A stretch of DNA of 63,171 nucleotides, the filler included, from Octopus bimaculoides (taxonomy: Eukaryota): the NCBI RefSeq assembly GCF_001194135.2. It is 5 parts of 4 records of this genome, joined end to end, with 100 filler letters (N's around TTAATTAATTAA, not from the genome) between each part and the next. Parts side by side here need not be neighbours in the genome. Positions count along the whole stretch, not along the records: positions 40,939 to 63,171 come from NC_068984.1; 4 more parts are not named here. One strand, given 5' to 3'. This document shows, piece after piece, positions 49,801-62,881 of the stretch (its first letter is position 1; every line of letters starts with the position of its first letter). The notes beneath the pieces are model-generated. The model was given only the letters and a program-made list of their open reading frames with translations, was not told the DNA's origin and searched no databases. The translations under genes and the position numbers were made by a program.

Positions 49801-50277
49801 CACAGACACACACACACACACACACAGACACACACACACACACAGACACACACACACACAGACACACACACACACANNNNNNNNNNNNNNNNNNNNNNNN
49901 NNNNNNNNNNNNNNNNNNNNNNNNNNNNNNNNNNNNNNNNNNNNNNNNNNNNNNNNNNNNNNNNNNNNNNNNNNNNNNNNNNNNNNNNNNNNNNNNNNNN
50001 NNNNNNNNNNNNNNNNNNNNNNNNNNNNNNNNNNNNNNNNNNNNNNNNNNNNNNNNNNNNNNNNNNNNNNNNNNNNNNNNNNNNNNNNNNNNNNNNNNNN
50101 NNNNNNNNNNNNNNNNNNNNNNNNNNNNNNNNNNNNNNNNNNNNNNNNNNNNNNNNNNNNNNNNNNNNNNNNNNNNNNNNNNNNNNNNNNNNNNNNNNNN
50201 NNNNNNNNNNNNNNNNNNNNNNNNNNNNNNNNNNNNNNNNNNNNNNNNNNNNNNNNNNNNNNNNNNNNNNNNNNNNN

Positions 50278-50322
<45 letters not shown>

Positions 50323-51992
50323 CACATATACACTCAAATGTATGTGTGTATATGATGGATTTTGTAGCCTCGCTTATGTAACTAACACAGATTACGAAAC
50401 ACCTGTCAACTTATTGAATAAACATCTATTCTCTCACCTCTCTTATTTGGTCAATAGATATACATACATACCTATTGCTGCCGCAAATGGATTTGAAATC
50501 ACTAAGCATCAGTTCTCGTAATCTCATATATTCATACATATCGTACTTAACTGTTTATATCTGACAAGAATGATTTCCGAAGTTTCTAATGTGTATACGA
50601 AAGAGAAAGAGTGCGGGTGCATATATCTATGTGTAGAGATGTATGTATGTATGTATGTAAATAAGCGTGCTTGTGCGGGGGCATGAGTGTGTGTTTTGTG
50701 AATGTGTCGGTTTGAAGAATGTTTCTGTATGTATGTAGCTGAGGGAAATGCTGTTGATGGATTTAAGATTTATATAAGACTTTAAAGCGACCTCTTACAA
50801 GCTAAGCACGTACTTATGTTTCTTTTGTCCAAGTTCTGTCTGACCTCCCGTATAGTCAGTCTTTTGATTGACCAACTAAGACATTCGGCAAGCTGTAGTG
50901 CTTATTGGTTTCTTTCTTTGTTTGTAGTCTCTTTTTACCAGTGGAATATCGTATATTTATAAATACATCTCCACGCAATGTCTACCTCCCCCTCTCTCTC
51001 ATCTTTCTCTCGCCCCATATACATAGATAGATAGATAGATAGATAGATCTGTGCGTGCGCATGAAGATTGGTAAAGTCTTTAGAATGTCTAGTGGTATTC
51101 ATTTCGTGTTTTAGCGATCTGAGTTCAAATCCCACTGGGGTCGCCTTTGTTTTTATTCTTTCGGGGTCGATATATAACCGAACAAGTTAGAATCGATTCT
51201 TCTTTTTCGTTTCTTTTTTTTTTTTTTNNNNNNNNNNNNNNNNNNNNNNNNNNNNNNNNNNNNNNNNNNNNNNNNNNNNNNNNNNNNNNNNNNNNNNNNN
51301 NNNNNNNNNNNNNNNNNNNNNNNNNNNNNNNNNNNNNNNNNNNNNNNNNTGTGTGTTCGTGCAGTATGCAATTGGCTCAGCTACAAGGTCGCAAGCAGAA
51401 GTGCAACGAAAATTCCATCCCTATTCTCGCAGAGAAATCATTTATTATATAGGTGTGTTTTGGGCAGACGGTACACCTGCGACGTCTTCGGATGCTAAAC
51501 GATTGAGAGCACAAACCTGAAACGGTTCACCGACACAACCCCGGTCTCCCCTCCCCCTACACACAAACTCCCTTACACAACATAGTCATTGAATGCATTT
51601 CTCTACCTCTCTCTATCAATCTATTTATCTATCTATCTCTTTCTCTTTCTCTCTCTTTCCACTTCCTTGTCGATGGATTTTTTTGCTTCTTTTTGTATTT
51701 TGCGGTGATAAAAGTTATTGATTTACTGTATGTCTTGTGCCTAATACTTTCTCTGTCTCTCTCTCTCTCTCTATCTCTCTCTCAAGCACACACACTCCCT
51801 CCCCCCCACACACATACACTATGTCTTCAGCTCTTTCTCTTGATTCTGTCGCTCGTTGACAAGGCAGATGTCAATGGTATTGGTAGCTTTAAGCCATTCC
51901 ACTGACACGACCTTAACACCTCACATAAATGTGTGTGGGAGGGTGTGTACTATTTAACAGATTGTATAGCCTCGTAGAATCACGGAGTCATA

Positions 51993-52029
<37 letters not shown>

Positions 52030-52032
<3 letters not shown>

Positions 52033-52220
52033 GGATGTTGAAAAGTTCCAAGTTTTGAGTAAAAGAAAATACAGGAGGATCGGTTAATTATGATTTTTTG
52101 AACATACTCCTCTCTCAGATCCACACACTTATTGCAGCATTATTTCAATGTTTTTTCTAAAGCCCTGTAAAAGAACTCGAATTGTTGGGTCTCCAACCAG
52201 GGCTTTCGCGATCTCCTTGA
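52030..52220 (-). mobile_element. Mariner 3' end remnant (TIR plus transposase C-terminus)
   Basis: TIR-like gggatgttgaaaagttcc. Minus translation AWLETQQFEFFYRALEK...CNKCVDLREEYV matches the mariner C-terminal 'KCVxxxGEYVE' motif. Confidence 0.8.
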
Positions 52221-52439
52221 AGTTAGTATATATATATATATATATATGTAAAATCAAATTTGTCTTTCATTGTTCTGGAGCCGACAACATGTTACCTGTC
52301 ACGAGTCTAAGGTGTCAGATGTTAGATTCCTTAGAACAACCAGGATGCTTTGCATTCTGAGTTCGAATCCGACTGTTCCAGTTTGACTTACTCCGTCACA
52401 CGCTTTAACAACAACCATTTAGTGCTTGTGTGACACTAG

Positions 52440-52685
52440 CGAAGGAATCCACTCTGTTGCAAGCACTCGTATATGTGTGTGTGTGTGTGTGTCCCACCCA
52501 CCCACCATCGCTTGACAACTGATGTCGGTGTGTTTACTTCCCCGTAACTTAGCAGTTCGGCAAAACAAAGCGATAGAATAAGTACTAGGCTTACAAAGAA
52601 TAAGTCTTGGGGTCGATTTGGTCGACTAAAGGCGGTGCTCCAGCATGACAGCAGTAAAATGACTGAAACAAAAGAATAAAAGAAT
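52440..52685 (+). mobile_element. SINE family A, 3' part
   Basis: catcgcttgacaactgatgtcggtgtgtttacttccccgtaacttagc...ggcggtgctccagcatg...gactgaaacaaaagaataaaag. Confidence 0.9.
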
Positions 52686-52839
52686 ATATATATATATACT
52701 CTGTGTGTGTGTGTGTGTGCGTTTAAATATATCTTCTTATTATTCCTTTTTGCCCCTTGTGGAGCATAGGGACGGTTTCCCGGTTTCTGTAGCGTATGAA
52801 TAGCGTGAAACAAAGCTTTATTCATCTTTATATTGTTTT

Positions 52840-53241
52840 CAACTCTAGGCACAAATCCCGAAATTTTGGGAAGGGGGTCAGTCGATTCGATTGATTCCAG
52901 TACGACACTGGTACTTAATTTATCGACTCCGAAAGGATGAAAGCCAAAGTCGACCGCGGCAGAATTTGAACTCAGAACATAAAGACAGACGAAATACGGC
53001 TCAACATTTTGCCCGGCGTGCTAACGTTTCTTTTCTACCCTAAACAGAAGGTCCGAAATTTTTGGGAAGTGGGTCAGTCGATTAGATTGACCCCAGTACA
53101 AAACTGGTACTTAATTTATCGACTCCGAAAGGATGAAAGGCAAAGTCTACCTCGGCAGAATTTGAACTCAGAACGTAAAGACAGACGAAATACTGCTAAG
53201 CTTCTCGCCCGGCGTGCTAACGATTCTGCCGGCTCGCCGCC
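52840..53241 (-). mobile_element. Two tandem SINE family B copies
   Basis: Two head-to-tail copies, both with ggtacttaatttatcgactccgaaaggatgaaag...gtc...gcagaatttgaactcagaac. Confidence 0.9.
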
Positions 53242-53559
53242 TCTTTATTCATCTTTATATTAATTCAATATAATCATATTAGCAGCAGGTCCAATTATAT
53301 TGTTTAATTAATCATGTAATGATGCACTAATTGATTTAATTTAGATTAAGTTTTAACTTATTGATCATTCTTGCTTCTTTGGTTGGGGTTGGGGGGCGGC
53401 TTGGTTTTTGTTTGTTTATTTGTTGGGTTTTTTTTGTTTTTTTTTTAGAATGATATCGATTATTGATCTAGAGGTTAATGTTTTAATAATATTTCTCTGA
53501 GTTAAAATGAGAACATATTTTTCTTCCCTTTGGTATTACGCCGGTAGATTAACCATAGA

Positions 53560-53887
53560 TATCTTACACCGAAATTGCACTAACTATCGTCCTGTTGGTT
53601 ACGACGACGAGGGTTCCAGTCGATCCGATCAACGGAACAGCCTGCTTGTGAAACTGACGTGGAAGTGGTTGAATACTCCACAGACACGCGTGCCCTTCAC
53701 GTAGTTCTCAGGGAGGTTCAGCATGCACAGAATTACAGGTACTACTCATTTTAGCCAGCTGAATGAACTGAAGCAACCTGAAATAAAGTGCTTTACTCAA
53801 CGATACAACGCACAACTGGGAATCGAACTTACAACCTAACCATCGTGATAGTGAGTTGAGCACCCTAACCGCTAAGTCCCGTGCCTT
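53560..53887 (-). mobile_element. SINE family C-type copy with extended tail
   Basis: Minus strand gaaggcacgggacttagcggttagggtgctc...gtaagttcgattcccag...gagtaaagcacttta. Confidence 0.75.
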
Positions 53888-54282
53888 CAAAAACTGCATT
53901 ACCAAGCTTTTTATCGATGCTGGGAATCACCCAATGGCACAAAAAAATAATTTACGTTTTACAGGTTAAAAGCTAACGATGTTGCCTGTAATGTGTTCGG
54001 TCAACCTGCTAGAAATAGCTGCCGACTCTCTTTCATATCACACACTATTGTCGTAAAGCAGATCATGTTAGATCGTAATTGCTCTTGGTTTCCTCCAGGT
54101 ACAAAAAACATGGGTTGGTCAGTGTTAGAATGTCTTTGATCACAAATGTGCTGTCAGAGTTGACCCGGGGCCAAGGAACAACGTTATCGCTTCTTACTAC
54201 AAGTCGGATAACTACTTCTAGCTACGATGCAAGGCTAAATACTCGGATAAAATTTCACCCCTAAAGGCAGCAAACTGTTACT

Positions 54283-54710
54283 TTTGTATCAATTTGATCC
54301 TACCTTAAAACAGCCCTTACATCTATATCAAATTCATCTTTGATTGAAGTACACATGGCGTTGTATAAACTTGATTTTTTTATATCGAATCAGTTCTTAA
54401 CTTTCTATCAAAATTATCTTACCTTGAAGTAGCTCTTACATCTGTATCAAACTGATCGTACCTTGAAGAAACTACCTCTGTATCAACTTTATCTTACCTT
54501 GAAGCATATATAGCGTTGTATCAACTTGATCTTGCTTTAATGTAGCCCTAAACTTTATATCGACTTGATCTTACTGTGGAGCATATCTTGCCTTTGTATC
54601 AAGCTGATCTCATCTCGAAACAGCTCTTAACTTTGTACGAGTTTGATCTTACAGAGAAGCATATCTTACCTTTGTATTAAGTTGATCTTATCTTGAAGAA
54701 GCCCTTACTT
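54283..54710. repeat. Degenerate 39-bp minisatellite, about 11 units, alternating A/B variants
   Basis: Consensus approximately ttgtatcaacttgatcttaccttgaagcagctcttacct. Units 7-11 are exactly 39 bp each. Confidence 0.85.
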
Positions 54711-55807
54711 TTAAATAAATCTGTTTTATTAGTTCTGATATTCACTATCAAGCGTGGAAACTTTAATCATGAATATGAAATATGAATTATCAAAAAATCA
54801 TTCAGTGATTACTAAGAGTGGGCCAGTTTGTGAAAATTAAAAGGAAACATACGGACGTCCACTCAAAATATACTCGATTCCCATAATCGATATTGAACAT
54901 CGGTCAAAATACGTCAGTATCAATCTGAAACAATCGTTGAATCGATAATCTTGCAATAACATTGATCATTTTCAAAAGATAATGGTGAAGTATGTCAGCC
55001 AAACTAGTCATGTTAAAATATCTAACACACTTGTCAAGGCTCAGCAAGAAAATTATATTTGACTCATGACAGCCGATCATATAATTTTGTTAATCGGAAT
55101 ATCCGACATTTTAAAGCAAACAAAAATTAAATAAATATAATGAAAATAAATAAATATAATTGTAGATATGTAGACGCACAAAGCAACTGACAAGATCTAT
55201 TGACTGCGCATATACACACTGGGTTTGAAATACACTAAATGGTTTGTAGGGGAGGAATTTATAATTCATTTAGAAGGATATGTAAAGATATGTAGTCAGA
55301 CGGAGCAACAATCAGTGCAGTTAATCAGCTTGATTTAATTATGCAGCCGGCGATCAAAATACCAAAGCCATCTGTTAGAATTAGCTCCTCTTTTATTCTT
55401 ATTGATCAAAATAAATTTACTGACGCGCACACACACCAGAGACGCAATCAAGCACGTACATGTGTACACAGAAACAATTGCAAACAGATATTCACTAACA
55501 AACAGCACCATATACACACATTTTCATACACACAACATCATACAAAAACGTGCATATCGAAACGTACGTAAGATTCATGATACTCATCTTCATATTATCT
55601 ACATAAGCCTTTCCAACCGTGACAACCGTGATTTTTAGAGGCTAATGGATTGGCCCAAATGGATTGGGCGGGCATCTTGCTACAGCAACGATGAAATCAT
55701 AAACGCATTTACATAAATATAAGGTGTGTTTGTGTGTGTATGTGTATGTGTGTGTGTGTTTCATAATTGTGCTGACGTCATATGCATGCGTCAACTTTTT
55801 AGAGCGT

Positions 55808-56100
55808 ATTCTGCTATAGCCTCGGGCCGACCAAAGTCTTATGAGAGGATTTGTTAGACGGAAACTGAAAGAAGCCCGTCGTATATACATGTGTGCGTGT
55901 ATGTGTGTGTATTTGTCCTCTCACCATCGCTTGACAATGTCGGTGTGTTTACGTCCCCGTAACTTAGCGGTTCGGCTAAACAGACCGATAGAATAAGTAC
56001 TAGGCTTACAAAGAATAAGTCCTGGTGTCGATTTTCTCGACTAAAGGCGGTGCTCCAGCATGGCCTCAGTCAAATGAGTGAAACAATTAGCAGAATAAAA
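55808..56100 (+). mobile_element. SINE family A, 5'-truncated
   Basis: ctatagcctcgggccgaccaaag...gacggaaactgaaagaagcccgtcg...ggcggtgctccagcatggcc. Confidence 0.92.
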
Positions 56101-56128
56101 TACACATATATGTATGTGTGTATATATA

Positions 56129-56173
<45 letters not shown>

Positions 56174-56583
56174 NNNNNNNNNNNNNNNNNNNNNNNNNNN
56201 NNNNNNNNNNNNNNNNNNNNNNNNNNNNNNNNNNNNNNNNNNNNNNNNNNNNNNNNNNNNNNNNNNNNNNNNNNNNNNNNNNNNNNNNNNNNNNNNNNNN
56301 NNNNNNNNNNNNNNNNNNNNNNNNNNNNNNNNNNNNNNNNNNNNNNNNNNNNNNNNNNNNNNNNNNNNNNNNNNNNNNNNNNNNNNNNNNNNNNNNNNNN
56401 NNNNNNNNNNNNNNNNNNNNNNNNNNNNNNNNNNNNNNNNNNNNNNNNNNNNNNNNNNNNNNNNNNNNNNNNNNNNNNNNNNNNNNNNNNNNNNNNNNNN
56501 NNNNNNNNNNNNNNNNNNNNNNNNNNNNNNNNNNNNNNNNNNNNNNNNNNNNNNNNNNNNNNNNNNNNNNTATATATATATAT

Positions 56584-58537
56584 ATGCATATGAAATAATA
56601 TTGCTTGTCATTTATCTTAAGGAGTTAGGATCTGCAGTCTCATTGCAAATTCTTAATTAGCTTTGTGTCTGAAGATTCGTACCGGCGCAGCTATTTATAT
56701 AACCAAGTTCTCTGCCGATAATCACAAGTATAAATCAAAAGTTGCGCTCTGAATATAGTATCTACGTCTGCTGGACAATTATTACTATCACTATGTACAC
56801 ATTCATTTCTCTTGGATATAGGTAAGTGGAAACTGTACAGAAGCCTGTTGGATTTATTGTACTTGTAAATCAAGGATGACGTTGATTCTACTCGAGAATA
56901 ATTAGTTAAGATTACACGTGTCTTTGGAGTACTCAGCCACTTCGAACTCAATTCAGTGAGAAAGCTGTTCAGTTGATCGAACAAGTGGGTACTCCTATAT
57001 TGATTTTAACGGAAGTGTCTTTCATGTTGTATGTTAGAAGCGTATGAAGAATCTAATATCAATACGTGGATAGTTTTAATATTATTTTATGTCGCGAAAA
57101 TCTGTATATTAATGATAACTCAGCAATATGTTATAGTAAATTAACTTCATTGTAATGTTTAAATATTATTTCATTGTCATTTTCGAGCAGAGTTTACGCA
57201 ATATTTCTGTGAAACATGTAACCTTCATACAATTATGCACAAAGACAATTGACATGAAATTTATGAGCAAAGCATGAGATGATAAGTTATGTAAATGGCA
57301 TAGAGATCTAACGACCAGTAACTAGATTATTGGTCAAGAAATATGAAGGTCTGACATAATATTAATGATTCATGGGTTTTGGTCTTGTATTATTACATTA
57401 ACAACCAATGTGCTTGGGGAATTGTTGCGACATTAATGAAGAACAGAGCGTAAGAGTTAGTGCCGCCTCTATAATGGCTATACTTAACTTATTAATATAT
57501 AACTGTGGTTCCGGTCAGTCGCAGAGATTAGGTGTGAGCACATCACCGACTTAACGCTTCCTACAAGTCTTAGGCCAATACTCTTTGACTCTTTTACTTG
57601 TCTCAGTCATTTGACTGCGGCCATGCTGGAGCACCGCCTTTATAATCGAGCAAATCGACCCCCAGGACTTAATCTTTGTAAGCCTAGTACTTATTCTATC
57701 GGTCACTTTTNNNNNNNNNNNNNNNNNNNNNNNNNNNNNNNNNNNNNNNNNNNNNNNNNNNNNNNNNNNNNNNNNNNNNNNNNNNNNNNNNNNNNNNNNN
57801 NNNNNNNNNNNNNNNNNNNNNNNNNNNNNNNNNNNNNNNNNNNNNNNNNNNNNNNNNNNNNNNNNNNNNNNNNNNNNNNNNNNNNNNNNNNNNNNNNNNN
57901 NNNNNNNNNNNNNNNNNNNNNNNNNNNNNNNNNNNNNNNNNNNNNNNNNNNNNNNNNNNNNNNNNNNNNNNNNNNNNNNNNNNNNNNNNNNNNNNNNNNN
58001 NNNNNNNNNNNNNNNNNNNNNNNNNNNNNNNNNNNNNNNNNNNNNNNNNNNNNNNNNNNNNNNNNNNNNNNNNNNNNNNNNNNNNNNNNNNNNNNNNNNN
58101 NNNNNNNNNNNNNNNNNNNNNNNNNNNNNNNNNNNNNNNNNNNNNNNNNNNNNNNNNNNNNNNNNNNNNNNNNNNNNNNNNNNNNNNNNNNNNNNNNNNN
58201 NNNNNNNNNNNNNNNNNNNNNNNNNNNNNNNNNNNNNNNNNNNNNNNNNNNNNNNNNNNNNNNNNNNNNNNNNNNNNNNNNACCCACAAGACTTAAGGTC
58301 AATCCAAGAGGAATGAAGGTGTGCATAGTGGTAGAAATAATTGTCCAGCAGACGTAGATACTATATACTCAGAGCGCAACTTTTGATTTATACTTGTGAT
58401 TATCGAGAGAGAACTTAGTTACATAAATATCTGCGTCGGTACGAATCTTCAGACACAAAGCTAATTAAGAATTTGCGATGAGACTGCAGATCCTAACTCC
58501 TTAAGATAAATGAGAAGCAATATTATTTCATATGCAT
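56584..58537. mobile_element. About 1.95-kb element with ~235-bp terminal inverted repeats (unclassified), carrying SINE insertions
   Basis: 56584-56817 is the reverse complement of 58302-58537 at about 90% or more by eye. Example: atttatcttaaggagttaggatctgcagtctca is identical in both arms. Confidence 0.85.
57590..57710 (-). mobile_element. SINE family A tail running into a gap
   Basis: cttttacttgtctcagtcatttgactgcggccatgctggagcaccgcc. Confidence 0.9.
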
Positions 58538-58559
58538 TCATGTCTCACACGGTCTATCC

Positions 58560-58597
<38 letters not shown>

Positions 58598-59054
58598 GCC
58601 TTGTGGTTTTTCGCTAAGTCAATCTTCGTTTTCACTTTAACTTCTGCTAGAGTGGAGTTTGCCTTTCATCCTTCCAAAGTTAATAAAATAAAGTACCCGT
58701 CAAATATTGGGGTAGTTATAATTAAGAATTGTCACACCAAAATGTGTAACTCGGTGTCAACTTTAGAACTCATTATAGAAAATTATAGCATTGTCACGTG
58801 TCGTGACGTGTGGCCTCTAGGAAAATTCTTTCACTATGTTTATTGAAAGGTCTCGCAGCGACATAAGAAAGTGCTACGAGGGTACCAGGACACTTCAAAG
58901 TTACAATTATATTTCGGTAGATGTGTAAATTTATGCATAATTATGTACCTATGAATCTGTACTTTGGCGTTTGTGAGTTTGGAGAGCTTTCCGCGGGGAG
59001 TAGAGACTGATGTTTGGGTAGCGCCCTTTTGTCCGAGCGCAAAGGAAAAAAACA

Positions 59055-59099
<45 letters not shown>

Positions 59100-61345
59100 T
59101 TCTCTTTCTCTCTCTCTCTCTCTCTCTCTATCTCTCACTCTCTCTCTCACTCTCTCTCTCTTTCTTTCTTTCTCCCTGTCTTTTTCATACAGATGCAAGC
59201 ATCATCTCAAAACGTCAGATTCCTTCTCGTCCCATCGTATATGTACTTCACTATATAACTTTTACCGATGCACATCAGCACCGGTTCCCCTTTTTTGTCT
59301 CTTAGAATCTTCATATATCTTCATATATATATCTTCATATATGTATCCACCTCAGATGATAATACGTATTTGCCTATCATCGACTTTATAACTACACTTG
59401 TTATCTGCTATCTACGTATGTTTTCTCTCTATACATATATATATAATTGTCTGTGTGTAAAACTCAGTATAGTTTTTTATTGTATTTTTGCTTATGTGTT
59501 TCTTTATATATTTGCATATATATGTGACTAGGTCAGAATATTTGTGTTGTGTGTGCGCCTACCTCTACGTGTATGCTTTTTGTATGTGTATGCAAGCCAG
59601 AATGTCTGAACATCTCTGAAACATGAGTATTGTAACCATTTCTTTATTAGATATAGATAAATCTATTTTTTTATTTTCCTCTCTTCCTTTTCTTTCTTTT
59701 TTTTTAACGTCTACTTAAAGAATCCTAATGACTGTATGAGGATGGTGGAGAATCCTTAACTTAAACGTTTTAAGTCGCATTGAATAGGGAAAATTTGTGA
59801 TAAATGGGGAACATTTATAATAGCTGTCCTCTCACAAGCCATAGTCTAAGACACGGTTACAAAAATACGAATGAAATAACAGGATTAATGGCAGATATTC
59901 GTGGTTTGATTCTATGACGACTATAATAGAATGGAGTCATGGCTTACTACAGTCGATCTAGCGTAGTAAACTGCCGACTTTCGTGATGTGTTCTGGATTG
60001 AACAATTGCAAAACTGACAAATGGTAGTGTGTTACAAGCAGTAGCTCGTATTAGTCAGGAAATACTGAATAATCGAAATAGAATAGGTTTGCTTTTTTTG
60101 TCGTCAGGTCATTCAATGAATTTCCAAAACTAATGTTGTAGTCTTGATACGGCTTTCTACTTTTAATATTTCATCAGATTTCATTAGTCTGATTACTTCC
60201 TCACTCTCTCTCTCTTCCTTTCTTTCTCCCTCTCTTTCTCCTTCTCTCTCTCTCCCTCTCTCTCACTCCTTCGCCTTCTTCCTTTCTTTCAGTATTTCAC
60301 CTTTCATTTTCTCTGATTATTTTCTGTTTGTAGTCTGATTGGTTCCTATCTTTCTCTGTGTAACTATCAATCTTGCAAACTGGCTGTCTATTCATCGATT
60401 TCCTTCTCTCTCTCTACCTCTCCCTCTCTCTCACCCTCTCTCTCTCTCACCCTCTCTCTCTCTCACCCTCTATCTCTCCCTCTCTCACCCTCTCTCTCTA
60501 GCTAGCTAGCTATCTATATCTATCTATCTATCTCTATCTATCTGACTTTCTCTGTTTTCTGTCTCGCTCTCTTTTATCCTCCTTTGATCTCAACTTCCTT
60601 CCTAATTTTTCTTTTCTTTTCACTCTTATTCACTCTTAATTTCCTTAATATCCTCACACCCCATCCACCTACTATTCACTTCTTTCCTATATTTTGAACT
60701 TCCCAGTCACCCAATACAGCCAGTCACTACCATCATTATTTCCCTGGTTTATTCAGGAGGTAATTATCCGTTTAAACTATCCAAAAATCAAAACCCACGC
60801 TTACATACAATATCAATCGTTTCTTGCATATATTTTGTGAGTTGTCTACCTACTTATTTACTAAAGAACTCAGAAAGACATATACTAAATTAAGCCTCAC
60901 TTTCGAAAGAGATATTTTTGTATTTTCTATACCATGAAAACGAATTAATACAAGGATTTCTCCGTTAGATTAGGAAATCTTATCAGTGATAGCTCCCTCG
61001 GGATAATCGTGGTTAATAAGGTTAATGGTTTTAAGAGATGACAATCTCGACAATCTCCAGAAAACTAATGAAATCAAACAAAAACAAAAATATATATATA
61101 AAACAAAAAGAAAAAGAAATTAGCGAACAGTTTTGCTTACAGCATACAAGGTACTAGATATTGTTGATGTCTGGGAAATACTTTCTGCTCAATAATGCTG
61201 ACGATGATGATGATGATGATGTTGATATGCAATTATACATGCGCATTTGTAAATTTTTACAATTTTATACATATATATACAGTGTGTATATTTTATACAC
61301 ACACATGTTAATAGGATATATTTATATATATATGCACGAATATGG

Positions 61346-61388
<43 letters not shown>

Positions 61389-61903
61389 GTATTGGTATGC
61401 ATATATGTGTGTTTATATGCATATATATGTATATATGTATTTATACGTATATATATCAATATATACATATAAGAGTGAGAGATAAGAATGACTGTTGCTA
61501 AATATAACTACATTTTTCCACTCATTTTGCATAAACGTGTGCATGTATACGTCTAAGTATATGTGTATATGAACGTGTGTGTTTTGTATAAAAAGAAATA
61601 AAATGAACAGGAAAGAGAAGAACAAAGACAGCAAGATGGAAAATAGAAGAAAATTCTGTGTGGGTGTTTGATAAGTTTTGCTAACACACCATGTGTGATT
61701 GTTTGTATGTGATAAACACGTTTTTTTTTTATTCTGTCAATGATACATTTAGAAATCTTTATTTTGCAAATGGTAAAATACTTAAAATGCTAAGATGAAC
61801 ATATGAAGTCGAACAAACGTATATGATCGCTTTCTTTGTTCATCTGCAACTATCAGCTTGTTTGGGGAGTATGTGTTAATGCCGTCCACTGTTTACACAA
61901 ACG

Positions 61904-61986
61904 CTACAGCTCGATAGTCTTTTCATTTGTAATATATCCGTTGTCCAAATCACCGTGATCAGATAGATTTGAAATCTTCCAGTTGA
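61904..61986 (-). CDS. Candidate terminal coding exon (NWKISNLSDHGDLDNGYITNEKTIEL*)
   Basis: Strong acceptor (TC)n-tgcAG, phase-1 entry, 26 codons to TAG at 61906-61904, unique sequence. Upstream exons would lie at higher coordinates. Confidence 0.35.
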
Positions 61987-62244
61987 CTGCAGAGAGAGAG
62001 AGAGAGAGAGAGAGGTCAGGGAGAAGAGAGAGGGACAGTGAATGAGAGAGAGAAAGGGAGAGAGAGAGATACACAAACAGAAGGTTAGAAAAAGAAATCG
62101 ATAGGCGTGTATGTATGTATGTCTGTATGTATGTATGTATGTATGTAGGTATGCATGTATATATGTATGTATGTATGGCTAGCTGGCTGACTGACTGGCT
62201 GGCTGGCTGGAAGGACGGATGGATATATATGTATGCATGTGTGA

Positions 62245-62291
<47 letters not shown>

Positions 62292-62858
62292 AATGCATAT
62301 ATGTAAACGTACATTCATGCATAAACGCATATATATATATATATATTTATATATATACATGTGTGCGTATATATATCGATAGATAGGTAGGTAGGTAGGT
62401 AGGTAGGTAGATAGATAGATGAGACTGATATTTGACTGAAATAATATTTAATATATTTTAATATAACAATTATTTTAATACTTTTTTCTGTTATTTGTTT
62501 GTTTGTTGCGTGGGTTACTTGCTTACTTGCTTATCTTTTTTAATTTCAAATTCAAATTAATAAATATTAACCTAGTCGGAATAAATACAGCTGAAGACTG
62601 CCCAAAACAACAGCGAATCGCATCATATATTTAGATAAGTCTTTAAGTCAGCGTATGTACGTTCTGCAGGAAATGACTGCACAACGTCTTCCACAGTCCA
62701 CAAAATATGTCATCAGTCAATAACGCGGATTGATTTGTTGACTGTAACCCTTCTATGAAAATGTGTGTTCTTCTGCCTGCGTAAGAAACCATTATTGTTT
62801 TGATACTTAAGGATGTCTTTAAACGAACTTTATCTACAGTTCGTTAAAGTAAACTTAC

Positions 62859-62881
62859 AGAAATGAAATAAAATGTATTTA
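62859..62881 (-). CDS. Candidate 23-nt microexon (KYILFHF, phase 2 to phase 1)
   Basis: Acceptor actttcacttctatttcctttccAG and donor TCT|GTAAGT. Its phase is compatible with the 61986 exon. Confidence 0.25.

Noticed and set aside
54283-54710. Possible CRISPR-like array
   Set aside because: Contiguous degenerate units without unique spacers, in eukaryotic DNA with no cas genes.
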